A stretch of 64,000 nt of DNA from Piromyces finnis finn (taxonomy: Eukaryota > Fungi > Neocallimastigomycota): contig MCFH01000025.1 in assembly GCA_002104945.1 (NCBI GenBank), positions 310,001 to 374,000 of the forward strand, written 5' to 3'. The notes beneath the pieces are model-generated. The model was not told the origin of the DNA and did not search any database. It worked only from the letters and a program-made list of their open reading frames with translations. Both the position numbers and the translations under genes were made by a program. Numbering within the stretch: the first letter of the stretch is position 1; each line of letters opens with the position of its first letter. Shown here piece by piece: positions 17,212 through 42,835 of the stretch.

Positions 17212-20029
17212 ATTAAAATAACTATAAAAACTATTTAATAAAAAAGTGTGTTTATAAATATTTAATAAATAAAAATATTTAATAACTAATAATAATATAT
17301 GAAATTTCAATAATACTTTTTTTTCCAAAATTTTTTATGTTAGTAATATATATAAAATAAATAATAATGTACATCTTCTTAAAGGTGTTGAAATAGCAAT
17401 TTTTATAATTATCATGGATATAAAGTATAATAAAAATTATTAACTTTTTTTTCATTATTCAAAGATTTATAATTATAAACTCTTAAAAATTATTATTACT
17501 GATAATTAATATAGTTTTACATTTGAGTTAAAAAAAAAAGTATTTTTATTATTATCATTATTTATTTATTTATTTTGTTTTTGTTTTTGTTTAATTATTA
17601 GTATTAAATAGGAAAAGTAAATATGGTTACACTTTTAAATTTCAATATGTTAATTCTATTTTACTAATAAATAATGTAATGATTATTAATATGTTCTTGT
17701 ATTACACATTTAAAAAGTTAAATCTTGCATTATCTATTATTTATTGACAAAAAATTAATAAACATTGTTAAATACCTCAGAATTGTTATTAGAAAAGATT
17801 TTTTAAAGATACTTAATTTATATAATTTATATATAATTTATTCTCTTTCAACTTTTAAGATCAAAACACTTTTCTTACGAGCTAAATTGATTTCCAAATA
17901 TACTCATTACTAACTTTTAAATATATTTTAAAAATATTAAAAGTTTAAAATTATTTACATTTTTTATTTATTAAAATAATAATAATTAATAAATAAAAAA
18001 ATAAAGTATTATCCAACTATTTTATGTTTTTGAATAATTTAAAAAAAAATAATAATAATAATAATATTTATGGATACCATTCAATATTAAACTTTTTATT
18101 GACCTTTTTTTTTAAAAAAAAATATAAAAATTTATAATATTATAAACTCTTTGAAAGTTATTCTTTGATTTTGATAAAAAAAAAAGAAATTTATCAACAT
18201 TTATTCTTTAATTTCTGAATAATAATAATATAATGATTATAGAATTATTGCAACTGTTTATCTTTTTTTTTAATTTTGTTTTTATTTTTAAATATCCAAA
18301 ATAATTATGTTAATAAAGATTTCTATTTTATTGTATAAACTAATGACTTATTTTGATTATATGAAAATTTTAAATCCAATATTTTATTATAATTTTTTTA
18401 ATAAGAACAAAATAAAATAATTATAATATATTAATAAATATATATATATAAAAAAAAAAAAGAAAGAAAAAAAGAAACTATCTAGTTTAATAAAACAGAG
18501 AATTACTTACTACTAACGATATTGTATATTAAACCCTTTAAATCTTAAAATTTCCTTAATACAGATTATCAATTATATGTCAAACATATTTTAAAAGAAT
18601 TTGAAATAATATATTTGGATATAAATAAATTTTTATTAGAGTGGAATTTAAAAATTCTCATTTTAACAATGTGTTAGTAATTTATATATAATTATAATTA
18701 TTTGATTTTTATTATTCTTTTATTCAATAATGTTAAATGTTAAAAAAAAAAAAAAAAAAGAGCATCATGACAATATTATATTTTATATATATATAAAATA
18801 AAAATTTTTTACATATGACTTAAATGATAATAGGGAATTGTAGGTTGCAATATTTTAAAGTTCATTTAGTCATTGATAATGAAAATTTATATTTCTTTTT
18901 TATTTTTATATATTATTAGATTTTATTATATACTCTCTTAAATATTTTTATTGATTAATTAGATATTATAAAAAAATTTTTTAATACAATCATTTAATCT
19001 AACCTAGTATTACAAAAATAATAAAGGATTAGATTATAATAAATATTAAATATCACTATTCATAATTATTTTATAATACAAACCTGAATAGCAATCATTG
19101 TTTTTTTTAATATTTTGGTGTTTTACATTTTCTTTTATCAATACTTTCAACACTACATGTAGTTAAAATTGATTTTAATTCCGTTATTAATTTTTATTTA
19201 ATAATTTTTCATTGTAATTATCAAAAAAATACATTCTATATCAATCCATTTATCATCAATTTCATCTTTACACTAAAGTACCAAAAAATTATACTCTTCT
19301 AAAGAACAAAGAACAAGTATAATTGGAAGCTTTGATCATTAAAAGAATATAATTAGTTGTAAAAATATATTATTAGCATATATTTCTATATATTTCTATG
19401 ATGAATCCACATAAAATCAATAATATATTATAAAAACATAATAGCATTAATTTTCCCATTTTAAAAGAAAATTTTATAGAATAATATTAGTGTTTAAGTG
19501 TTTATGTGTTTATGCTTATATTTAATCCTCTCTCTCTATATATATATTATTAAATATTAATAAAACTTTAATTATAAAGTTTTTTATTTATTTATTTATT
19601 TTATTTTATTTTTTTTTGTGTGTATTATTCAATTTATTACATTAAAAAAATATTAATTCTTTTTAATGCCTTTTTTTTTTTATTAATATTATTATATATA
19701 ATTTAAAGTCTAGTGTTTTTTTATTGTAATATAATTTTTATATTTTTTTAAATATTAAAAGTTAGTAGGACAATTTTTTCTTTCTTTTGAAATTATTATC
19801 AGAATAATAAGATAATATTTTTTTTTTTAAAAAAAATATATAAATATATAAAATCAAATTATATTTATTTTTATTTTTATTTTTATTTTACAATCTTATT
19901 TTTTGGAGAAAAATTTTATTAAAAAATAAAATGTTAATCGTTTTATGAAATCTAAATTAATGAGGATAGTGTAAATAATTTATATGAATATATTTTAAAA
20001 TTTAGAAAATATATAAAAGCTATTAAGCA

Positions 20030-30727
<10,698 letters not shown>

Positions 30728-31735
30728 AAAATCTTCAGTATTTAATATACATTGAACCAAATTTTTTTTTTTTTTTTAAAAAGATTATATATATTTTTTT
30801 CTTTTTAAAATATAAACAATATCCTATCGAATAATTATTACAAAAAAAGCAATATACATCTTTTATACATAACTTTATATTAAATTATATAATATTCTTT
30901 ATATTTTTATTAATTTTATTTTTATTTATTTTATCATTCATGTATAATATATCATTATATCATTATAACATTTCTTTTTTTTTTTTTTTATGCTTTATAT
31001 TTAAAAAAAAAAAAAAAACCTTTAAAAGTTTTTTTATAGAATTTCAAATCATTAAAAATTAATAATATATATAATATATACATTAAATTTATGTTATCAT
31101 ATTTCTGTTTTTATTCAAAAAAAAGAAAAAAAATTTTTTTACAAGTATTAATAAAAAAACTATTGTAAAAACAAAATAACCCTACAATACAAAATAAAAC
31201 AAAATAAAACAATAAAATAATAAAAGAAATTTTTTTAAAAAATTATAATAATTAAAAAAATGGTAAGATGATATCTACATATTTATTATTCTATTTTCGT
31301 ATATATATATATTAATTAGAATTAAAAATAATGATTAAATTGAGGCTCAATGTTAAAATTTATTATATTTATCTATGACATATTATATATATATTTTATT
31401 TTTATTTTATTTTATTTATTATTAGTATTTTGAGTTTTATTTTTTATTTTTTTTTATTTTCAATTTTTTTTTTAATAGTATATATTATTTTGTTTTTTAT
31501 CGATTTTAAAAACTTGTATATGATCAATAATTTAATCAAAGAAAATTTATATTTTAAGATACTTAAATTGTTAATTTTTTTTTTCTTTTTTCTTTACTTC
31601 ATTTTAATAATAAAATTATTAAATATAAAATTGTGTTATTCTTATCTAAATTATATAATAATAACGAAAAATAATTATTCATGCATAATATTTTTAATAT
31701 TTTTTTTATGATTTTTTAATTATTCTTTAAACTCT

Positions 31736-34347
31736 CTATAATTCATCTTTGGTTTCTTCGGCGAAAGGTGTTTCAGTTGGATTTTCTTCACTTAATGGAT
31801 CATCAACTTGTAATTTTCTTTCTAAAGCTTTTGTGGTGATAGTGTAAATAATCATACAAACGAAAATTAAAGCAGAGACAATCATACCAATTAAGTTCTT
31901 ATCAACCTTACTTTCATCACCCTTTTTGGATTCTTTTGGTTTTTGGGCTTTTAATTTCTTATCCTTATTGTAGATTTTAACAAACTTTAAGAAATCTTCT
32001 GGTTCATCAACAGCAATACACTTTAATCTTCTGCTATCAAATTCTTCTTCTTCGAATAATTTTATCATATCATCAAATGTACGTCTAGCATTATTTTCAC
32101 CTTCCATATATTTTATAATATCAATAATTAATTTGGCATCTTTAGAAACAATAGCACCATATATTGGGAGTGGTTCATCACGAACTGGTCCTGCCTTTGG
32201 ATTTGGTGGGTAATACATACTGAATATAATAGACCAATCGGTTTCAGAGTAAACATTACGCATTAAAACTAAAAGGTAGTATAATGAAATTAACATTTCA
32301 GATGGAAGAACGTAAGTTGGTAAAGATTCCATATCATATTGAACCTTTTTTTTTTTTTTTTTTTTGATATAATTTATTATTTAATATTAATTATATATTA
32401 AAAAATAAAAAATTAGTTTTTAACTATTTCTAATATATTCCTTTATTTATAATATATACAGTATAGTAAAATAATAATAAATTTATTCTATTAATTTATA
32501 CTTACTCTACTGTTTTCTTTTGGAATGAAACCACGTGGAAGCATACCCTTTCTAAAATCTGGGTACTTAGTTTGCATACCATCATATACAGCTTGTTGGA
32601 AATCTTGGTCAAGTAAATGAGAAATACATTCTCTATCCCATTTTTCTAAACCGAAGTATCTAATATCTGACTTATTTTCTTTTACCCATTCAATTGGATC
32701 CTATTTATTATTATTATATTTAAATTATATATTTAACAATTATCTTAGTATGATTATGATAATTTGAATAAATACTACTTCAAACAAATTTATATTCATT
32801 AATTTTTATATACATGCATTTTATTTAGAATATAAATAAAAATTTATTTATTAAAATTTTTATGATATCAATAAATGCATTAATATTCGTTTGAGTTTTA
32901 TAGTTACCCATGAACCTTTTTGTAAATCTTCTAAACCATTAATAATATTCTTTGGGTAGCCTTCTTCAGATGGACCATACTTTTGACAAAGATCTGCTAC
33001 TTCAGTATACATCTTCTTAATTTCAGAATCATTTGGTGCAGTTAATAAGCATTCATTAAAGGCTTCCATAGCTTTGTAGTATTCCTTCTTTTTCATTAAA
33101 ATTAAACCTTTACGATAGAAACCCTTTTGCCAGTGTGGTTTAAGTTCTAAACTTTTGTTAACCCAATATTCAGCTTCTTCGAGATTTTCGATTTTTAAGT
33201 AAGCAGCACAAATATTACCACAAATTATTTCGCTATTTTTGTTTAATTCAAAAGCTTCTTTGTATTTCTTTAAAGCTTCTTCAATATTACCAGCTTTATA
33301 TAATTCATTACCTTCTTCACGTAACTTTTGACTAGCTTCAGTATCCTTGAAATTCTTTTCAATTTCATCTAAGTTTTCTGCAAATTCTTTAGCTTTATCA
33401 GATTGTCCTAATGCAGTGTAAGCTATACATTCGTAATAATATTAATACAATTATAATATATTATAATAATAACATTAAAATAAAAATAAATATAATATTA
33501 ATATTAATAAATAAATATTTAATATGATTAATAATTAAAAATATCTAATAATAAAATTAAATTTATAAAATTATTATTTAAATTTTACCTTCAGCAATAC
33601 GATGTTTAGCAGTATCATGAATTGTCTTAACACCTGGAACAATTTCTATTTAAATTATTAAATATAATAGTATTTTTTTTTTTTTTTATTTAATTAATAT
33701 AGAAATATATCCGAGGAAAACTTTTTTTAATTTTTTTTTTTTTTTTTTTTTTTTTTATTTATGTATTTTTATTACCTTCTTGCATTTCAAGATCTGGAAG
33801 TTTAAGAACAGCTAAACCATCATCAATACATTTTTGGTACTATGTTAAAATAATTTAATTATTAATATTTTGGATAATTTTTTTTTTTTTTTTTATAAAT
33901 AATTATATATTTTAATATATTCCTACTTCTTTAATTTGGAAGTAACAGTTACATCTTTGAATTAAAGGAACATTTGGGGTAATTTTTGGAAAAGCAACAA
34001 TTAAATTAGATAAATGCTTAATAGCATCTTCATATTTATTTTGAGAAATTGCCTTTTCATTTTAAGATAAATATATACGAATGGGTGTAATTATTTTTAA
34101 ATGTTGTAAATTAAATCAGGATTTAAATAATTAAAAATTATGTGAAAAAAAGAGACGTTATTAATTAGTTTATGAAGCATATGCTTAGAGTAATAATAAC
34201 AACAATAGATATAAATATAATAATAATTACATAATATATTATAATAATTCGCATTTTAATATATTATATTTTTATTATGATATTTATCAAATTAAAACAT
34301 ACAATTTGAGCAGCAGAAATTAACATAATTGGATTGACTTGAGCCAT
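31736..34347 (-). CDS. TPR-repeat protein with one C-terminal transmembrane helix and terminal KDEL, multi-exon
   Basis: Exons give TPR motifs (REEGNELYKAGNIEEALKKYKEAFEL; KGFYRKGLILMKKKEYYKAMEAFNECL), TM LIGMIVSALIFVCMIIYTI, and end ...ETKDEL*. Confidence 0.8.
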
Positions 34348-34884
34348 TTTGTTATATTTTTTATTTTCTTAGTACAAAAAGAATGATAAATAATTTTATT
34401 GTTATGTTTTGTTACTTAAATATAATTTTATGTTTATGTTTTTTTGGTAGTTATCTAATAAATAAAAGTATTTATTAATCAATAATAAACTTTTTATTTA
34501 AATTGTGAATATATAATATTAAATATATTTTTAAAAATATTCTTTTTAGAAATAGTTTTTTTTCTTTTTTTTTTTTTTTTTTTGTTATTTCTTTCCTTTA
34601 TACAAAGTAGATTATGGAAAAGAAATAGGAGATAAAATTAAAAAAAAAATAAAAAATAAAAAGAATAATAATTTTATATATAATAAATATAAAAAAAAAA
34701 TAATCAATAATGGATGTTTGAATTTACTAATAAATAAAAATAAATAAATAATAATTATTAATTTAATAATATATTATTATATTATTAAAGTATTATATAA
34801 TTTATATAATATTATACTTTGTATTTCAATTAAAAAAGTTTATTTAATAGTAAAGTTGTAAAGTTACATATTATTATAGAGGAA

Positions 34885-34956
<72 letters not shown>
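34885..34956. repeat. (AAT)24 microsatellite
   Basis: Direct reading. Confidence 0.95.
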
Positions 34957-34960
<4 letters not shown>

Positions 34961-36530
34961 GAAACACTATCAACATACACACGTTTAAATGAGTATTGAA
35001 ATGTAATCAATATTAAATGTAAGCAATATTTTATCTACTTTTAATACAAATATTTTTTTATTAATGATAAAATAATATATATAATTTTAATAAAATTTGA
35101 AAACAATTATTTAAGAAACGTTTTATAAAACTTTCGATAATGGTAAAAAAGAGTTTACCACTTTTAATCAGAAACAATGACAGTATCGCAATATTAAATG
35201 CAAATAGTGTTTTTTATCAAATATATATTAATGATTATTTTATGCGTTTGACAAATCTTATTAATAACAATATAATTTTTCAATAGAAATAAATACATGG
35301 CCTATTGAAAGAATAAATATATTATTATAGTTCATTTCTTTAAATAACAAGAAAAATAGTTTCTATTTCATTTTTATCAACTTGTTATTTGTATATATGT
35401 ATATAAAATAATTATTATACCCATAATAAGCACCTTAATCATTTTATTAAACAACTGTATTTTATTAAACATCTTTTATTGATCCAATAATGAAATACCA
35501 ACTCTTTACTTATATTAATTGGATGATTGGATAAATTTCAAGATACAATTTATTACATTACATAAGACAAAATACGTAATTAAAAACTTGTATAATGAAT
35601 AACGTAGCGGATAAATTCATATTAAAAAAGTCAAAGAATATACTCTTTTTCTATTATAAAGATTTTTGAAATTAATTATAATACTGATAATATGGGGCTG
35701 ATAAAGTAAAATATAGTTGAAATATACAAGCCATATTTATTATTTTAACAAATATTTTACCAATATTTTAATGTTTGTTTTTATAATTATTGCTGCTATT
35801 TTTACTTATTTTCTAGTTATAAATAATGTTAAAAAAAAATTAAAATGTATATATTATTATTTGATAGTTTTATTTTTAATTTAACAATTCAACATTATCA
35901 ACATATGTATATAAATAAAATCTGAACCAATTTTCCTTCTTTTCATTTCTATTCGATTCATTTCTTTTTATTTCTTTTCTTTTCTTATATTATTTTATGT
36001 ATTACTTTATAAAAATTTTGGTAAGACTTTTTTAATTTTTTTTTTTTACTATTAATTATAATTTAAAGAAAAAAAAGTATATTCTATTTTTGATATGTAA
36101 ATAAATATATTTTTATAAATATAATAATATATTATTTTTAATAGTAACATTTTATTATTTTACAAAATTTTAATTATATTAAAAATTGATTTAATTAAAT
36201 TTTATGTAAATTTTCCATTTAATATGTAAAATATATTATTAATAAATAAATAACATGTGATTATCATTATTTATTACTATGGATATTGATACATAAAAAA
36301 ATTTCAATTTTATCATTTTCATTAATATTAAAATTGTGGCAAAAAGTAACAAAATTATTATTTAAAATAATTTTTAGCCATTATTAATTTTAGTTTTTTT
36401 TTTAATTTTCAAAAACTTTTATAGACTATTTGAAATTATAATTTTGAAATTTTATATAAAAAGTTAAATATTTATTTATTTTTTATTTCTTTTGTATTTT
36501 TTTTTTTTTTTTTGAAGTGAAAAAAAAACA

Positions 36531-39017
36531 ATGTTTTTATTAAAATCACTTTCAGGAAAAGTTTTAGGAAATAATGAAGTTAACATTGATAATGTTAAGC
36601 TTTCTGGTGAACTCTACCAACAAGTTCAACAATCAACTATTAGAAAGGTAACATCAGAATGTTTATTTCTTGATTCACTTATGACTATTCAAAAAACCAC
36701 CAGACCAAATTATTATAATTTAATTGTTACCCGTGTTTTTGATGAAGGAGAAGATGAACTTGAAAATGACAATTCTGAAGATGAATTACCTGACGACTAT
36801 TATGAGAAAGTATTTTTAATCACTGAAGATTCTAGATTTATTAAAAAAATTTGGAATCATGAAGACAAAAAGCAAAATGCCTTTTTTTGGTTAGAAAAAT
36901 CCGATGATAATAAAATTACTAGATATATATTTGTTCCATTTAAAGAAAGTGATTCTCAAATTTCAAATTTTGAAAAAGTAATTTATCAATGTATATACGA
37001 ATCAAAATTTAATAAAAAATTCACCAATGATGATGAAGAAACTTTAAATAAATACATTGAAGATTACAAAACAAAAAGTATAGTTTATAATACAGAGGAA
37101 GAAGTTATAAGAGGAAGTTCAATTGGTCAACAAGAAGAACCTCGTCAAGAAATCGATACTACTGTCTCACAAGCATCAGCAATTAATGAAAATACAACCA
37201 AAATAAACCCAGTAGAAAACAAACCATTAGGTTCAATGAAAAATATCTCAGATATTAATAAAGATTTGAATGTTAATGCTGATGGTGATGTTTACTGTAA
37301 ACCTCATAATATATTTAAATATGATATCGATGAATCTGAATTTAAACTTATTGCTACAGATACTATTGTAAAAATTACAAAATTTGATAAGTTTGATTAT
37401 GTTATGAAAGTCGAAGGTAATGTTCAAGTAGAAAAGAATATTGATTCTAACATGAATGAATCTTTTAATCATGAATTCAAATCTTTTATTTGGTGTATTA
37501 CAACTGATGACAATTTAAATGCTTATTCAATTGTTTTTGATACAATTGAAGATAAAGAAGAATTCCAAAGAATTATTAATTTATGTAAATATGAATATGT
37601 TCAAAGAAAATCAATTCAAAAGGTTAAAGATAATGAAGAATTTGAATATTTGTTAAGAGCCTTTGATAATAATTTAGTTATTACTGATGATGAGGAAGAA
37701 CATGATTTTACTAAAGACTATCCAGTTAATATTCCTGATAGTACTAATGAACCAAATTCATATTTTGTTTTAGAAGATGAATCTGAAGAAGAAGAAGAAG
37801 AAGAAGAAAAAACTAATAAAATTATTAAGAATGAAACTCAATCAGATGAATATGATGATAAAGAAGAGGAACCACCATCTGATGATGGTTTAACTAATGA
37901 AGAATTAGCTATGGCTTATAAATATGACAGATCATTTGTTGTTCGTGGTAATAAAATTGGAGTTTTCAAGCATACTGATAATAAAAAATTAAAATATGTT
38001 ACAACTATTGATAATATTCAAGGTTTGGATAATAACAAGTTTATTCCTGAAAATTTAATGCTTCATGAACAAGATAATACTTTATTAATGTTAAATAAAG
38101 ATGCTTATGATTCTGATGAAAATAAGGTCTTTAAAATGGATTTAAATAGAGGAAAGATCGTTGAAGAATATAATACTGACTATGAATATATCAAGGGTCT
38201 CTGCCCAACTTCAAAGTATGCTCAATTAACTAGTGAAAAAACTTTCCTTGGTTATAGAGAAAACTCACTCTTTTTACTTGATCCTAGATTACAAAAGAAG
38301 AACTTTATGGATGTCAAATTTCAATACACTTCCAATCCAAAGTTTACTTGTATGGCTACTACTGGTAATGGCAATATTGTATTGGGTAATGAAAAAGGTA
38401 AAATTAGTCTTTACAACAGAATCGGTGTTAAGGCTACCACAGTCTTACCAGGTATTGGCGATGAAATTATTGCTATTGATGTTACTAATGATGGAAGATA
38501 TCTTATTGCAACCACAAAATCTTATCTTTTATTTGTTGATGTTAAAGAAATGTTTGAATACAGTAATAAGAAGAGAGTTAAGCCAATTCCAAGAAAATTA
38601 CAACTTAAACCAGAAGATATTGTTAACATAAAGGAAGAAATTTCATTTACTCCTGCTAGATTTGATATTGGTGAAGGTCTTGAACGTTCTATTATTACTA
38701 GTACAGGTCCATATATGATTACTTGGAATTTACGTAGATTAAAGCTTAATCATGATGATTCCTACAGAATTAGACGCTGTAATGATACTATTGTATCTGA
38801 AAACTTTAGATATAATGAAAATAAGAACATTATATTTACTTCTCCAAATAATGTAAGCATGTTCAACATAATATTATATATATATGTATATTTAATTTAT
38901 TTATCATTGATATTAATCATATAATTTACTATCATTTTTAATTTTAATTCATAGGTTGCTATGGTTACTGAAGGTATGTTTAAGTCACCAAAGGCTGTAT
39001 TTTCTAAGAAGAAGTAA
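36531..39017 (+). CDS. VID27: Vacuolar import and degradation protein Vid27 (exons 36531-38852 and 38955-39017)
   Basis: LAMAYKYDRSFVVRGNKIGVF, FLGYRENSLFLLDPRL, IITSTGPYMITWN. GT-AG intron restores the C-terminus VAMVTEGMFKSPKAVFSKKK*. Confidence 0.9.
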
Positions 39018-39346
39018 ATCAATTTATCTCAATCCTTCAAGTCATAAAATGGAAATCTATTCCTATTAATAGAACTAAATTATACCTATGTCATTAAAAT
39101 TTGAATATGGACAGCAATCAATCATTCTTAATATTATTAAAAGAATTATTAATAGTTTTAATACATAGAAATAGCTTTTTTTCTTTTTTTTTTTTTTAAT
39201 GTAATTAGTTTTATAGATAGATTCATGCTTATTATATTATTTTAAAATGTATTGTTAATATATCTTTAAATATTTACTCTTTTTTTTTGTACTTTTTTTT
39301 TTTTGTTTAATTGTTATATAAAATGTAGATGGAATTAAACTAATAA

Positions 39347-39460
<114 letters not shown>

Positions 39461-39693
39461 TTGTTTTATGAAGTTGTAATAATTTTAACAATAGTAATAA
39501 TAGTAAATATCAATAGTAACTTAATAATAATAATAATTGTATAATAGTTTAAAAATATTGTTATTTAAGAAAAATGTAATAATAATAATATTTCATTATC
39601 ATATTCCTCCAATTATTTAGAGGTTTTATTTATTATATACATTTATTTATATATACTATTAACTTTTAATATGAATTACACCTATTATACCAA

Positions 39694-39910
39694 TATATTA
39701 AAAATAATAATTATATGGCATATACGATACCTGATCTTATAATATTACATTAGATAATATAAGATCCTTCTTTAACCATTTAAAATATAGAGAAAATTCA
39801 AAGTTATAATAAAAGATTGAAAGATAATTTAAACCAATATAAATTATTTTTTAAAATTTTAATGATTCTTTTTTATAGTATATGCTCATAGCTAAAAAAA
39901 ATTCTTTAAA
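39694..39910 (+). pseudogene. Heavily AT-eroded relic of the LINE ORF 5' end
   Basis: Reads T*SYNITLDNIRSFFNH versus TRSYGIPLDDIRSFFIR in the LINE (38/51 nt). Further colinear blocks match LINE WEKLEVILED and YFQTFNDHFFLV at the nucleotide level. Confidence 0.75.
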
Positions 39911-40559
39911 GAGGTTTTTTAAAAATTAAATAACTAGAACTCTTGTAAATTCAAAAATATATATATATTGAAGAATGATAAAGTTAAACAAACAATAAAT
40001 AGCGTAAAAACATGTTAGGCATTATAAAAAAAGTTAAAAATTAAACTTTGTATTTTTCATAATTACCCTTTTTTTTTTTTAATTATTTTATTTGTTTTTT
40101 AAGATTTTTTTTTTATTGATTGATTTTTAAAATTTCAATAATGTTTATTTATTATTATTATTATTATTTTTATTAATATTTTTGTTATTATTATTTAATA
40201 TTTGTGTTAATATTGTTATTTAAATGTTATTAACTTTTTTTTTTTTTTTTTTTTTTTTTTTCTTTGCTTTTTATCATTATTATTATTTTTTATTTAAATA
40301 TTTTATTTATGAATAAAAATTTTTATGATGTTTATAGGATTAATGCAATTGAAAAAATGATATAAATATTATAATAAAACTTTTCAAAATTTAATATATA
40401 TATATATATTGATTTGAATTTTTGTTTCTTCATCTAATATACAACTTTTAATGCCAATTTAACTATTTAATATGAAATAAATTTAGATGATTAATCATTT
40501 TTACTATATATAATTCCGTGATATAATTTTTTTTTGAAAAGTATTAAAATAACATAGAA

Positions 40560-42154
40560 TTAATCTCTCTTTAATGGGTATTTTTGACATTCAACACCAT
40601 CCTTTCTGATAATATATATTTCAACACAATCACCAGTATGAATATCACGTTCAGTTACAGATGAGAAAGCATCCTTTACTATTTTAATAGCCATTTCTTC
40701 AGTTAAATTAAGAGTTTCATTTTCATTAGATCTGTTTTTTAAACCAATCTTTGTTATTATTATTATTATTTATTGTTGTTACATTTTGATATAAAAATTT
40801 TATATAGAATTATAAAAATAATTTAAATATTTATCAATAAAAGAATTTCTCAATATTTAAAGCTTTTTTTCATAATAGTATAGAGTATCATACTTGACTA
40901 TCTAAGAATGGTTGTAAAAGTTCGTTACCACTACCAGCAGCTTGATATTGGACACGTTCAGCATTACCAACGGAATCATAACTGTAAACACATCCCTTAC
41001 CTTTTTATATAAATTTTGATTATAATTAATTTTTAACAAATTTAATCAATATTGCATTGATTTTATTTTTAAAATGAAAATCAATTTATAAAAGAATTTA
41101 AATTCATTATTTATAATACAAATAGAAACTAATAAGAAATGAAGAAAGGAATAGTTACCATTTTCATCAATACCACCAATAACACAAAAAACGTAGTATG
41201 GGAAGAAACGCTTTTGGTATAACATAATAGAAATTAATTGAGCAATAGCTGTAGTACTCATAGTTTTATCATGTTGGTGGAAGTACCACTTTTGTTTAAT
41301 AATATTATTTTGATTTAAAAGAAATTATAGTTATTTTTGCAGAAAATATATATATTTTGATGATAATTTTTCAAAATGATAATAAAAATAAAAGTATATT
41401 AAGTATAATTTTATTGAAGATTTATTATCATTATTTCATTATTAATAAATACATACTTCCATTCTTTGCTTAATCTTTTTGACAAAGTTTAAACCATCAG
41501 CATAAAAACCACTAGTACCAATGACAGTTTTATCTGAACTTTTATAATCAATCAAATAATTATTTAAATTTAAAAAGAATTTATATTATTTTATGCTTTT
41601 TTTTTTGAAAAACTACTTTTATTATTATATTTATTATTTTCAATATATATATACAGTTGATGAGCCTTTGGAGCATATCTACAATTGATGTGATATCCAT
41701 CACTTTGACGAGTATCAGCAGCTACAATACAGAAATCTTCTCCAGCAAGAGCCATTGTTGTACTAATTTAATTTTATTTCAATTTTAAATTTGAAATTAA
41801 TATCATTAAAGATTTATAATTTATTGACATTTTTTTTTTTTAATTTATTTATATTATTATTATTATTATTTTCATTTATTATTATTTTTGAATAAAATGA
41901 TAAATAATGAATATAATGAATAAATAAATTATTTTTATATAATTATCAAATTTAAATTTCATTAAAGTCCCATTTTATATTTTATTCAAAAAAGACACCT
42001 TTTTTTACATTTCAATACAAATACGAATAAAACATTTTATGCATATATAATTTATAATTATAATTTTAAATTACCCTCCATTATCTTCATATGGATCAAA
42101 TCTACTTGCAACTTGTCTACCTGGTTGAGCAGTTGGAATTGGTTCAGAGATCAT
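40560..42154 (-). CDS. PRE7: 20S proteasome subunit beta-6 (PSMB1 ortholog), multi-exon
   Basis: [50 protein letters not shown]. Confidence 0.95.
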
Positions 42155-42521
42155 TTTGATATATTATATTTTTTTTATTAAATAACTGAAAATAAAGCAA
42201 AAAGCAAAAATTAATAATTTAGAATTATCAAATTATAGTTAACTTTTATAATCAAGATCAATAAAAATTTATATATTATTATTACCAATATTTCAAATTT
42301 TTTGAAATACTTTTTTAAAAAATTATTATAAAAATTTTTATTATAAAATAATTTATAAGAATTTAATAATATATAAATTGTTTAATTATAATTTAATTTT
42401 ATTTTAATTATTAGAAATATTTTTTTTTAATAATTAAAATTAAATTGTAAAAAAAAATTAAATATTATATTAATTAATTCTTCATTATTATGAAAATTGT
42501 TTTTATTTTTTTTTTTTAATT

Positions 42522-42718
42522 TAAATAAAATAAAATAAAATAAAATAAAATAAATAAATAAATAAATAAATAAATAAATGAATAAATAAATAAATAAATA
42601 AATAAATGAATGAATGAATAAATAAATAAATAAATGAATGAATGAATAAATAAATAAATAAATGAATGAATGAATAAATAAATAAATAAATAAATGAATA
42701 AATAAATAAATAAATAAA

Positions 42719-42749
<31 letters not shown>

Positions 42750-42835
42750 ATAAATAAATAAATAAATGAATGAATGAATGAATAAATAAATAAATAAATA
42801 AATAACTAACTAACCAACTAACTAAATAAATAAAT
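42522..42835. repeat. Compound microsatellite (TAAAA/TAAA/TGAA/CTAA)
   Basis: Direct reading. Confidence 0.93.

Noticed and set aside
17092-17328. 78-aa ORF overlapping the 5' LTR
   Set aside because: Runs from flanking DNA into the LTR across the insertion junction; chance open frame.
19080-19420. Slightly GC-richer intergenic patches (also 11770-11890 and 35000-35800) as decayed genes or TEs
   Set aside because: All frames tried are interrupted and I could not match them to anything. TBLASTX against a TE library would be needed.
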